A stretch of 64,000 bases of DNA from Candidatus Limnocylindria bacterium (GTDB lineage: Bacteria > Chloroflexota > Limnocylindria > P2-11E). Positions 17,234-27,103 of this stretch are shown here, piece by piece. The position numbers were made by a program, and so were the translations under genes. The notes below the pieces were generated by a model. It was not told the origin of the DNA, made no database searches, and saw only the letters and a list, made by a program, of their open reading frames with translations. Within the stretch, counting starts at the first letter, position 1, and each line of letters begins with the position of its first letter. Location: contig JBGQFO010000001.1 in assembly GCA_041496945.1 (NCBI GenBank), positions 46,756 through 110,755 of the forward strand, given 5' to 3'.

Positions 17234-18232
17234 TCATCCGATCAGGCCCGGAAAGAGCGCCACGCGGAGCCGGTCGGCGAGTCCGACCGTCTCGGCCTCT
17301 TTGGCGAGCGCACCGGTCGGGCAGGACTCCACGCAGCGCAGGCAACCCTTGCAGTACCGGTAGTCGACGCCCTTGAGCTCCCGCTCGAACTTGCCGCCCG
17401 GTTCGCCCGCGCCCCACACCAGGCACAGGTCGGGGCAGACGAGGTCGCAGACACCGCAGTGAATGCACTTCTCATGGTCGTAGACCGGCAGCGATCCGGT
17501 GCGGGACACCGAAAGATCGTTCCAGGCGGTGTTGCCGGGGAGCGGGATGATCCCACCGAGCGGCTGCGTCAGGTAGCCCCACGCAGGCTCGGGACGCAGC
17601 GATGGGAGGCTGCCGTCCGCACGGCCGACGCCCGTGAGCTCCTCGTGCTCGCTCGCGCCACGCCGGAACGCCCGCTCGTTCGACGCGACGGCCTCCGGGT
17701 GCCGGCCGGCGAACTCCTCGGAGAGCGCCTCGAGGACGATCTCCGCGTCGATGAACGGGAAGACGCCGCACAGCGCCCCGAGCAGCACTGCGTTGGGGCG
17801 CGACCGCTCCTCCGCGGCGATCCGCTGCGCGTCGATCCGGATGACTCGCGCGGTCCGCGGCAGCACCGCGAGCGACTCGGGGACGTGGCCAGGCGGAGAC
17901 GAATAGATGAACGTGCCGGCCTCCTGGAGCCCGGCGTACGTCGCGGGATTGCCAAGGAGTGCGGTATGGAACACCACGATCGCGTCGGGGTTCTCGACCG
18001 GCGCGCTCGTGCGGATCGGACGATCCGCCGGCCCGAGGCGCACGAACGAGAGGACCCGCGACCCCTTCTTCTCAGAGCCGTACGAGGAGAAATGGGCGCC
18101 GTTCAGACCCATGCGAAGGACGGCGGCAGTCGCGAGCACCTGCCCGGCGGCGTGCGCGCCCAGACCGCCGATCGACTCGAACCGGACCTCGAAGAACCGG
18201 TCCGGGTGCGGCAGCGAGACCGTCTGCTTCAC
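17234..18232 (-). CDS. 2-oxoacid:ferredoxin oxidoreductase, fused gamma-delta subunit (2 x [4Fe-4S])
   Basis: The gamma-like N-terminus reads FESIGGLGAHAAGQVL. The C-terminus carries CIHCGVCDLVCP and CKGCLRCVESCP. I prefer the GTG at 18232 (VKQTVSL, GGGGG upstream). The track ORF instead starts at the TTG at 18253. Confidence 0.85.
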   Translation of the reverse strand: MKQTVSLPHPDRFFEVRFESIGGLGAHAAGQVLATAAVLRMGLNGAHFSSYGSEKKGSRVLSFVRLGPADRPIRTSAPVENPDAIVVFHTALLGNPATYAGLQEAGTFIYSSPPGHVPESLAVLPRTARVIRIDAQRIAAEERSRPNAVLLGALCGVFPFIDAEIVLEALSEEFAGRHPEAVASNERAFRRGASEHEELTGVGRADGSLPSLRPEPAWGYLTQPLGGIIPLPGNTAWNDLSVSRTGSLPVYDHEKCIHCGVCDLVCPDLCLVWGAGEPGGKFERELKGVDYRYCKGCLRCVESCPTGALAKEAETVGLADRLRVALFPGLIG

Positions 18233-18323
18233 TGGACGCCCCCGTAGAAACAACCCAGCAACACTGGTGTCAGCCTGCTATGGACCGCCAGCGCTGGAAG
18301 TGGCCGATCGGTCCCCAACCAAT

Positions 18324-18340
18324 GGGCCGAACGGCCCCCC
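18324..18340. repeat. GGGCCGAACGGCCCCCC element (recurrent intergenic palindrome) upstream of the por operon
   Basis: Read directly. Positions 18325-18337 are the exact reverse complement of 11461-11473. Confidence 0.4.
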
Positions 18341-18578
18341 GTAGGCCAGAGCGCGTGCGGCCAAGGCGTCCGATCGCCGCAGCGTGAGCGATCGTCTGGG
18401 GCGGAGCAGCTGGCCGCGACGCGTTCCCGTGGTGGATCGTCTCGTTGAAGGTCCTGACCGGATAGCCGCCCTGACTCGACACGACCGATGTTCACTCCCT
18501 CATCCCGGCGCCATGGGTCGGACCGATGTGGGATGGGTCCCGCTTTCGGATACACGCCCGACTACATCGGCTGGATGA

Positions 18579-18740
18579 TGGGCCGCGGCGAGGCCCGTCC
18601 GGGTGATCGACGCGCGTCTTGCGCGCGGCGAGATCGACGCTGAGGAATACCGCTCGCGGCTTGTCTCCTCACCGGATATCGGGATCCCGACCGCGGCACC
18701 GCGATCAGCTAGCGGTCGTCGAGCCCGAGCCACCCCGTGA
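18579..18740 (+). pseudogene. Possible relic or mini-ORF encoding a SHOCT-like motif
   Basis: The frame reads ...RVIDARLARGEIDAEEYRSRLVSS..., matching the ARGEI(D/S)xEE(Y/F) signature of SHOCT domains. A stop at 18576 and a neighbouring frame reading GWMMGRGEARP suggest a frameshifted remnant. Confidence 0.3.
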
Positions 18741-18903
18741 GCAGGCGCGCGTCGCACACGATGTAGCGCGGCGGCTCCTGCGGGTCCTTGTCCACCAGCC
18801 GTCCGCATTCGAGGCAGCGCGCCAGCGCCACCTGCCGATCGCGGAGCGGGCAGAGGACCAGGCGCGTCTTCGGGGCCACCGGCTGACGATCGAGGCCGAT
18901 CAC
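18709..18903 (-). CDS. About 64-aa 4-Cys miniprotein, paralogue of the ORF at 5430..5609
   Basis: This is the 3' end of the otherwise spurious track ORF 18709..20325: VIGLDRQPVAPKTRLVLCPLRDRQVALARCLECGRLVDKDPQEPPRYIVCDARLLTGWLGLDDR. The Cys spacing is identical (C-x11-C-x2-C-x16-C). The start codon is uncertain; I used the GTG at 18903. Confidence 0.35.
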   Translation of the reverse strand: MIGLDRQPVAPKTRLVLCPLRDRQVALARCLECGRLVDKDPQEPPRYIVCDARLLTGWLGLDDR

Positions 18904-19011
18904 AAACAGGAGCCTGCGCGTCCGGGGCGCAGCGCCAAGTGCCAAATGGCCGACGACCGGGTGGCCGAATGGCCCTCGGCCACCACGGCACCGGCGCCTA
19001 CCCTTCGGTCC

Positions 19012-20454
<1,443 letters not shown>

Positions 20455-21336
20455 GCGCGCCCAGGCGCACGACGCCGCTCGCGAGCGCGACGCCGGTCAG
20501 GATCAGGGCGAGGCCGGCGAGCAGGCCCGCGCCCACCGGCTCGCCGAGGAAGACGCTCCCGAAGAGCACGCCGAACGGCGGGATGAGCAGGGTGACGGTG
20601 ATCGCGCCCGTCGGTCCGATGCGCATCAGCAGGCGGAAGTAGATGAGGTAGCCGAGCGCCGTCCCCAGGAGGGCGAGCGCGAGGACCGATCCGATCACCT
20701 CCGGCCTCGTCGCGGCGCTCGTGCGCGTCGCGAGCGCGATGGGCATGAGGATGAGCGACGAGGCGATCAGCTGGTTCGTGCTCACCTCGATCGCGCGCAG
20801 GTCCCGGAAGGTCCGGCTCGTGTACACCGCGGCGACGGCGTAGGAGAACGCGCCCACCAGGCAGAGGCCGATGCCGAGCGGGACGCCGGGTCCGAGCTCG
20901 ATGGTCCCGACGCCCACGAGCACCACCACCCCGCCGAAGCCGACGATCGTGCCGAGCGTCTGCGCGAGGCTCGGCCGCTTCCGGTGCCAGATCGCGCTCA
21001 CGATCACCGTGAAGAACGGTGAGGTCGCGTTGAGGATCGCGCCGAGCCCCGCGGTGATGTAGAGCTCGGCCGTCGCGATCGTCACGAAGGGGATGGCGTT
21101 GTTCAAAGTGCCCTGCACCAGGAACTGGCGCCAGCGCCGGGGCTTCAGCACCCGGTCACGCCGGGCGGCGCTCAGCACGAGGAGCGCGGCGGCGGCGATG
21201 ACCACGCGGGTATCCATGAGCGGCACCGGGCCGAGCGCGGGCGCTCCGATGCGGATGAACAGGAAGCTCGCGCCCCAGATGGCACCGAGCGCGACGAGCA
21301 GCAGCAGGTCGAGAGGCGACATGGATATCGGCCATC

Positions 21337-21969
21337 ATGGGCGCTGTGCTGATCCATCGCCACGACGCGCCGCTGGACGATGCGGAGTGGCGCGCCTTTC
21401 TGAGCACGCATGATTTCGGCGAGCTCATCGCACCGGGCGCCGGCCGCGACCTGCCGGTCGTCGTGCCCACGCACTTCCTGTGGGATGGCGGCGCCGAGGT
21501 CGTGCTGCACCTCGCGAAGCCGAATCCGATGTGGGCGGCGCTGGCCGAGCGGCCGCGCGCGCTCCTGTCGGTCTTCGGCGCGTACACGTTCATCCCCGGG
21601 CACTGGAACCAGGACGAGTACGGCGTGCCGACCTCGTACTACGCCGCGGTGCAGCTTGCGTGCGACGCCGAGGTCATCGACGACTCTGGCCGGGTCGCGG
21701 CGATCCTCGAGCGCCAGCTCGCGCACTTCCAGCCGGAGGGCAGGCACGCGCCCGTCGAGTCCGGCGAGGGCCGCTACGGGACGCTGCTGCCGAACATCCG
21801 TGGGATCCGCCTCGCGGTGACAGAGGTGCGGGCGAAGCTGAAGTTCGGATCGAACCGCAGCGTCGAGCACCGCGAGGTCATCGCCACGATGCTTGCGGAG
21901 CGTGGCGCCCCGCTCGACCTCGAGGCGCGGGATCACGTGTTGGACCGCATCAGACGGGGACGGCGGTGA
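21337..21969 (+). CDS. PaiB-family FMN-binding transcriptional regulator-like protein
   Basis: 210 aa. The motifs VPTHF, LHLAKPNP and KLKFGSNRS are typical of PaiB. Confidence 0.75.
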   Translation: MGAVLIHRHDAPLDDAEWRAFLSTHDFGELIAPGAGRDLPVVVPTHFLWDGGAEVVLHLAKPNPMWAALAERPRALLSVFGAYTFIPGHWNQDEYGVPTSYYAAVQLACDAEVIDDSGRVAAILERQLAHFQPEGRHAPVESGEGRYGTLLPNIRGIRLAVTEVRAKLKFGSNRSVEHREVIATMLAERGAPLDLEARDHVLDRIRRGRR

Positions 21970-21988
21970 TCCTGCTCCTCATCGAGCG

Positions 21989-22609
21989 ATGATCGATCCG
22001 CGCTTCGTTGCCGGCGTCGCCGTGCTCGCGCTCCTCACGATCTCGCCCGGCGCGGACATGGCCCTCGTGGCGAGGGTCACGCTCGACCGCGGCCGGCGCG
22101 CCGCCTTCTGGGCGTCGGTCGGGATCTGCAGCGGCACGCTCGTGCACGCCACCGCATCGGCGCTCGGGCTCTCGGTCATTCTCGCGACGTCGGCCGAGGC
22201 GTTCACCGCGGTGAAGCTCGCCGGCGCGGCGTACCTCGCGTATCTCGGCGTCCGCTCGTTGCGTGCGTCATTCCGCCACGACGTGTCCGCAGCGGCCGCG
22301 GCGCCACGGCGCGGGGCCACGCCCTACCTGCAGGGTCTCCTCACCAACATCCTCAACCCAAAGGTCGCGGTGTTCTACCTCACGTTCCTTCCGCAGTTCA
22401 TCGATCCGTCAGGGAACGTCCTCGCGCAGAGCCTGGCCTTCGCGCTCGCGCACAGCGCCATGGGCATCGCGTGGCTCTCGGCGTACGCCTACGTGCTGGC
22501 GCGTCTCTCCGCGTTCTTCGCCCGCAGCGGCGTGCGCCGCTGGCTCGAGCGCGTCACCGGCGCGGTGCTCGTCGGCCTCGGCGTGCGCCTCGCGTTCGAG
22601 CGGCGCTAG
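21989..22609 (+). CDS. LysE-family amino-acid exporter
   Basis: The internal start is MIDPRFVAG. Motifs ISPGADM and LLTNILNPKVAVFYLTFLPQF are present. Confidence 0.8.
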   Translation: MIDPRFVAGVAVLALLTISPGADMALVARVTLDRGRRAAFWASVGICSGTLVHATASALGLSVILATSAEAFTAVKLAGAAYLAYLGVRSLRASFRHDVSAAAAAPRRGATPYLQGLLTNILNPKVAVFYLTFLPQFIDPSGNVLAQSLAFALAHSAMGIAWLSAYAYVLARLSAFFARSGVRRWLERVTGAVLVGLGVRLAFERR

Positions 22610-23021
22610 CGTTCGCGGCGCGTCGGCCCCCAACGCCCCGACCGGTAGCCTCGCCACGCATCACCAGTAGGTCGCGCAGCTCGAGCAACCGCGTCTTCAG
22701 CCATGCACGCTCGCTGCCCGCGACGCGCGCCAGCGAGGCGGCGAGCACAGCGAGCTCGTCGGTCTCGAGCTCGAGCATGACGTCGCTCGCCGGATAGCCG
22801 GCTGCGACGAGCAGCGCCGCCGCCGGAAGCCCGAGCGCGGTTGCGAGACGAGCGAAGACCGAGGCGCGTGGCTGCTCGATGCGACCCGCCTCGAGCTCGG
22901 AGATCGCGCTGCGCGATACGCCGACGCGCTCCGCCAGCTGCGATTGCGTGAGGCGGAGCCGCGCACGCTGTTCGCGCACAAGGTGCCCAAGGCTCGCGGC
23001 GTCGGCCGCGCGACCGACCAT
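22554..23021 (-). CDS. XRE-family helix-turn-helix transcriptional regulator
   Basis: The internal start is MVGRAAD. The HTH reads LREQRARLRLTQSQLAERVGVSRSAISELEAG. The 3' end overlaps the convergent lysE-like gene. Confidence 0.75.
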   Translation of the reverse strand: MVGRAADAASLGHLVREQRARLRLTQSQLAERVGVSRSAISELEAGRIEQPRASVFARLATALGLPAAALLVAAGYPASDVMLELETDELAVLAASLARVAGSERAWLKTRLLELRDLLVMRGEATGRGVGGRRAANASAARTRGARRGRRAPRR

Positions 23022-23063
23022 ACGCCGCGAGCCTAGCGGAGATGTCGCCTTGGGGCGACAGCG

Positions 23064-23079
23064 TGACAGTATACTGTCA
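23064..23079. promoter_or_regulatory. Perfect 16-bp palindrome TGACAGTATACTGTCA (candidate operator), preceded by inverted repeat TGTCGCC-ttgg-GGCGACA (23043-23060)
   Basis: Read directly, 43 bp upstream of the XRE start codon in the divergent XRE/TerC region. It embeds TATACT. Confidence 0.55.
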
Positions 23080-23085
23080 TCCGAA

Positions 23086-23175
23086 ATGCCGGACGAACTT
23101 GCATACACCGCCGCGGTCGTGCTCTGGCTCATCGGCGTGATCGCGATCGTCGTGCGCAAGCTCACGACGTCGTAG
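23086..23175 (+). CDS. Possible 29-aa hydrophobic leader peptide upstream of the TerC-like gene
   Basis: The ATG opens MPDELAYTAAVVLWLIGVIAIVVRKLTTS. The stop lies 4 nt before the TerC-family start. Confidence 0.2.
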   Translation: MPDELAYTAAVVLWLIGVIAIVVRKLTTS

Positions 23176-23179
23176 CGCG

Positions 23180-23845
23180 ATGCTCGAATCGATCCAGGCC
23201 GTGCTCGCCATCGTGCTCATCGACCTGGCGCTGTCCGGGGACAACGCGCTGGTCATAGGTATGGCCGCCCGGAGCCTACCGCCGGAACAGCGTCGCAGGG
23301 CTATCGTCCTCGGCGGACTCGGTGCGGTCGTGCTTCGCATCGCCGCCGCCGCCGCCGTGACCCTGCTGCTCGCGATCCCGTATCTGCAGCTCACCGCCGC
23401 TCTGGTCCTGCTCGTGATCGCGTATCGCCTCGTCCACCCCAGCGACTCGCATGGCAGCCGGATGGTGCGGGCAGCGGCCGGACTTCGTGCCGCGATCGTC
23501 ACGATCCTGCTCGCTGACGCCGCGATGAGCCTCGAGAACATCCTCGGCGTCGGTGCGGCCGCACACGGGAGCGTCGCGCTCCTGGCGTTCGGGCTTGCGC
23601 TCTCGATCCCGATCGTGCTGTTCGGCAGCACGCTGGTCGTGCGCCTTCTGGGGCGTTACCCGCGCGCGATCTGGCTGGGCGCCCTCGCGCTCATTTGGAC
23701 GTCGGCCGAGATGATCCTCGACGAACCCGCCTTCACGCTGCGCGACGCCATGCCCTGGTCGGCCGAGCTGGTCCTACCAGCGGCGCTTCTGGGCATCGTG
23801 GCCGGTGCGCGCGGTGCCGTGCGGTCCCGGAGACCGTCCGCGTAG
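23180..23845 (+). CDS. TerC/YjbE-family integral membrane protein
   Basis: 221 aa. The DLALSGDNALVIG motif recurs as ADAAMSLENILGVG. Confidence 0.85.
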   Translation: MLESIQAVLAIVLIDLALSGDNALVIGMAARSLPPEQRRRAIVLGGLGAVVLRIAAAAAVTLLLAIPYLQLTAALVLLVIAYRLVHPSDSHGSRMVRAAAGLRAAIVTILLADAAMSLENILGVGAAAHGSVALLAFGLALSIPIVLFGSTLVVRLLGRYPRAIWLGALALIWTSAEMILDEPAFTLRDAMPWSAELVLPAALLGIVAGARGAVRSRRPSA

Positions 23846-23893
23846 ACTCTTGCCGCGCTCCGAATACTCGGGGCCAGAAAGGAACCGAGCTTC

Positions 23894-24193
23894 GTGAGCT
23901 TCCAGGACAAGACCCTCACCTGTCGCGACTGTGGCCAGGAATTCATCTGGACCGCCGGCGAGCAAGAGTTCTACGCGTCACGCGGACTGCAGAATCCCCC
24001 GAGCCGCTGCCCCGCGGACCGGGCCGCGCGTCGCGCGAGCCAGGGTGCCGGCGGCGGTGGCGGGCCGCGCGAGATGTTCAGCGCGACCTGCAGCAATTGC
24101 GGCAAGGAAGCGCGCGTGCCGTTCCAGCCGCGTGGCGATAAGCCGGTGTACTGCAGCTCCTGCTTCGAGCAGATGCGGGGCGAGCGCCGCTAG
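23894..24193 (+). CDS. Zinc-ribbon protein of the zf-trcl type (two CxxC pairs, duplicated)
   Basis: 99 aa with a GTG start. It reads LTCRDCGQEFIWTAGEQEFYASRGLQNPPSRCPADR, followed by a second CSNCG...YCSSCF unit. Confidence 0.7.
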   Translation: MSFQDKTLTCRDCGQEFIWTAGEQEFYASRGLQNPPSRCPADRAARRASQGAGGGGGPREMFSATCSNCGKEARVPFQPRGDKPVYCSSCFEQMRGERR

Positions 24194-24196
24194 AGG

Positions 24197-24406
24197 CTAG
24201 TAGCCACCGTAGTTGTCGACGTCCGGGTTCCCTGAGGGGAGCGGGCTCGACACCGGGGCCGCTTTCGGCGCGGTCGTCGCGGCCCCGCCGCCTGCCGGCG
24301 CGTTGCCGCCGCCATACGGCGAAGGTGCGCTACCGCCACCGCCCCCGCAGGCGGACAGGGTCCCGGCGAGCAGCAGGACGGCGATGATCGTGCGCACGCT
24401 CCACAT
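24197..24406 (-). CDS. Small Gly/Pro-rich lipoprotein
   Basis: The internal start is [20 protein letters not shown], with a lipobox LSAC followed by GGGGG. Confidence 0.5.
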   Translation of the reverse strand: MWSVRTIIAVLLLAGTLSACGGGGGSAPSPYGGGNAPAGGGAATTAPKAAPVSSPLPSGNPDVDNYGGY

Positions 24407-24432
24407 ACGCAGGGGCGGTCGCCGCGGATGCG

Positions 24433-25332
24433 TTGGCCCGAGCGTGCATCGCCCGAACGCATACTGGCGGAGTGATCCCACGCGCGCCCTTCGGACGGAC
24501 CGGACACCAGAGCCGGCGGACACTCTTCGGCGCGGCGGCCCTTTCGCGGGTCAGCCAGGCCGAAGCCGACAGCGCGCTCGAGCTGCTGCTTCGCCACGAC
24601 ATCGACCACCTCGACACCGCGGCGTCGTACGGCGACGCCGAGCTCCGCATCGCGCCGTGGCTGTCTCGCCTCGGGCGCGACCGGTTCTTCGTCGCGACGA
24701 AGACCGGAAGGCGCACCTACGCCGAGGCGCGGGACGAGATCCGCCGTTCGCTCGAGCGACTCGGCACCGACCACGTCGATCTCATCCAGCTCCACAACCT
24801 CGTCGCCCAGGACGAGTGGGAGACCGCCTTCGCGAAGGACGGCGCCCTGCGGGCCGCGGTCGAGGCCCGTGACGCGGGCCTGGCGCGCTTCATCGGCGTC
24901 ACCGGCCATGGCGTCATGGCGCCGCGTCAGCATCTCCGCAGTCTCGAGCGCTTCCCGTTCGACAGCGTCCTCTTCCCGTACAACGTCACCCAGCTGCGCG
25001 GTCAGTACGCGCTCGACGCCGAGGCGCTCATCGCGCTGTGCGAGTCGCGGGGCGTCGCGGTCCAGACGATCAAGGCGATCACGCTCGGCCCCTGGCACGG
25101 CGAGCGCCCGCCCACGCCGACGACGTGGTACGAGCCGCTCACCGAGCAGGTCGACATCGATCTCGCGGTGCGCTGGGTCCTCTCGCGTCCCGGACTCTTC
25201 CTGAATACCGTCGGCGACCTCGGCCTCCTGCCGAAGGTGCTCGATGCCGCTTCCCGCGGCGGCCCGCGTCCGAGCGACGAAGAGATGACCTCCCTCGTCG
25301 AGCGGCGCGTGATGACGCCCTTCTTCGTCTAG
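24433..25332 (+). CDS. Aldo/keto reductase
   Basis: Motifs [19 protein letters not shown] and GVTGH are present. The start could be a downstream GTG near 24472. Confidence 0.8.
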   Translation: MARACIARTHTGGVIPRAPFGRTGHQSRRTLFGAAALSRVSQAEADSALELLLRHDIDHLDTAASYGDAELRIAPWLSRLGRDRFFVATKTGRRTYAEARDEIRRSLERLGTDHVDLIQLHNLVAQDEWETAFAKDGALRAAVEARDAGLARFIGVTGHGVMAPRQHLRSLERFPFDSVLFPYNVTQLRGQYALDAEALIALCESRGVAVQTIKAITLGPWHGERPPTPTTWYEPLTEQVDIDLAVRWVLSRPGLFLNTVGDLGLLPKVLDAASRGGPRPSDEEMTSLVERRVMTPFFV

Positions 25333-25335
25333 CGA

Positions 25336-27072
25336 GTGTCCTCGCTCCTCCCGCGCACCATCCGCGCGCGCTTCCTTGGGGCGTCGGTGCTCTCGATCGT
25401 CGCCGCGCTCGCGGCCATCGGCCTGGCGGTCCCGACGATCGCTCGGGATCACGAGATCGACGTGCTCGGCGTGCGGCTTGCCGCAGACGCGAACATCGCC
25501 GGCGATCTCTCGCGAGACCTCTTCCGCGGCAGCGACGCCGACGCGCTCGATCGCCTCGCGCATCGCATCGCCGCGGACGCGCAGATCCGGGTGACGTTCA
25601 TCGCGACGGACGGCACGGTGCTTGGGGAGTCCGACGAGGATCGGCGCGTGATGGAGAACCACGCCACGCGGCCCGAGGTCGTTCCGGCGCTGGCCGGGCG
25701 CGAGGGCCGTGCGGTCCGGCAGTCGGCGACGCTGGGCCGGGACCTGCTCTACGTGGCCGAGCCGGTGCGTGACGGCGACCGTGTGGTCGGCGTCTCGCGC
25801 GTCGCGCTGCCGCTGGTCGCGGTCGACGCGCTCGCAGGGCGCCTTGGGACGTCGCTACTGTTCGGTGCGTTCGCGGCCGCGCTCGTCGCGCTCATCCTGT
25901 CGTTCGTCATCACGCGGGCGATCACACGCCCGATCGAACGCATGGCCGCGGCGGCCGAGGGCGAGGGCGGCGCCGCGCTCGGTGAGATCCGCGGTCCGGA
26001 GGAGGTGCAGCGGCTCGCGGCCGCGCTGCGGCGGGCGGCGGCCGCGGTACGCGACGAACGACAGGCGGCGCAGGCCGAGCACGATCACCTCGCCACGCTC
26101 ATCGACGAGCTCGCCGACGCGATCTTCATCGCCGATCGGGACGGCCGCGTCCTTCTGGCCAATGCCGCGGCACGCCGCGACACCGGCGGCGACGCGGTCG
26201 GGCGGCGACTGGTGGAGGTCATCCGTGAGCACGAGGCCCTCGAGGCCATCGCCGGCGCGCGCGACGGCCAGGAGCGCGTCGCGGTCATCGAGCGCAGCGA
26301 TCCGCGGCGCTTCCAGCGTGTCGTGGCGCGTCCGCTCGAGAGCGGCGAGCTCTTGATCGTGATCCAGGACCTCACGACGTTGCGGCGCCTCGAGACGATG
26401 CGTTCGGACTTCGTGGCCAACGTCTCGCACGAGCTGCGACGGCCGATCACCTCGCTCAAGGCGATGGCCGAGACGCTCGAGGAAGGGGCGCTGGACGATC
26501 CAGCCGCGGCGCGCGACTTCGTGGCGCGCATGCATCGGGAGATCGACGGACTCGCTCAGCTGGTGAACGAGCTCCTCGCGCTCACGCGCATCGAGTCCGG
26601 CGCGGAGCCTCTCGCACTCGAGCGGCGCGCACCCACGGAGCTCCTGGCGGAGACGGCCCGGCGCATGGGGCCGCTCGCGGCGCGCGCGGGCGTCGCACTG
26701 CTCGTCGAGCCGACGAGCGCGAGCGACGTGCGCGCGGATGCCGACCGTATCGGGCAGGTGCTCGCGAATCTCGTGCACAACGCCGTGAAGTTCACACCGC
26801 CCGCAGGCACGGTGCGGTTGAGCGCGACCGATGAAGCGGATGGCCGCGTCTCCTTCAGCGTGAGCGACACCGGTGTCGGGATCGAGGCCGCGGATCTCGG
26901 CCGGGTCTTCGAGCGCTTCTACAAGGCGGACCGCGCGCGGTCGACCGAGGGCACCGGGCTCGGCCTCGCGATCGCAAAACACATCGTGCAGGCGCACGGC
27001 GGCCGCATCGAGGCCACGAGCGCCGGGCCGGGCAGGGGCGCGACCTTCCGCTTCACGCTGCCCCACGCCTGA
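25336..27072 (+). CDS. phoR: Phosphate-regulon-type sensor histidine kinase (TM-HAMP-PAS-HisKA-HATPase_c)
   Basis: 578 aa. The H-box is FVANVSHELRRPITS and the N/G boxes are NLVHNAVKF, DTGVGI and GTGLGLAI. It lies upstream of an OmpR-family regulator and the pst operon. Confidence 0.8.
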   Translation: MSSLLPRTIRARFLGASVLSIVAALAAIGLAVPTIARDHEIDVLGVRLAADANIAGDLSRDLFRGSDADALDRLAHRIAADAQIRVTFIATDGTVLGESDEDRRVMENHATRPEVVPALAGREGRAVRQSATLGRDLLYVAEPVRDGDRVVGVSRVALPLVAVDALAGRLGTSLLFGAFAAALVALILSFVITRAITRPIERMAAAAEGEGGAALGEIRGPEEVQRLAAALRRAAAAVRDERQAAQAEHDHLATLIDELADAIFIADRDGRVLLANAAARRDTGGDAVGRRLVEVIREHEALEAIAGARDGQERVAVIERSDPRRFQRVVARPLESGELLIVIQDLTTLRRLETMRSDFVANVSHELRRPITSLKAMAETLEEGALDDPAAARDFVARMHREIDGLAQLVNELLALTRIESGAEPLALERRAPTELLAETARRMGPLAARAGVALLVEPTSASDVRADADRIGQVLANLVHNAVKFTPPAGTVRLSATDEADGRVSFSVSDTGVGIEAADLGRVFERFYKADRARSTEGTGLGLAIAKHIVQAHGGRIEATSAGPGRGATFRFTLPHA

Positions 27073-27103
27073 GGCGTCGTCAGCGCTCGACTAACCTCAT
27101 CCC

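Noticed and set aside
18270-18482. Minus-strand 70-aa ORF (MSSQGGYPVRTFNETIHHGN...) in the por upstream region.
   Set aside because: The first third has moderately coding-like composition but the rest is Arg/Gly-rich. I see no RBS and recognise no family. It may be a leader peptide or noise, so I did not call it.
23022-23179. A yybP-ykoY (Mn2+) riboswitch upstream of the TerC-family gene.
   Set aside because: I could not find the conserved four-way-junction sequence blocks by eye. The region is dominated by DNA palindromes and a mini-ORF. It still needs an Infernal scan to exclude a riboswitch formally.
27073-27103. A MIRU-like repeat between the kinase and regulator genes, as found in the mycobacterial senX3-regX3 spacer.
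   Set aside because: The spacer is only 31 bp and contains no repeat.
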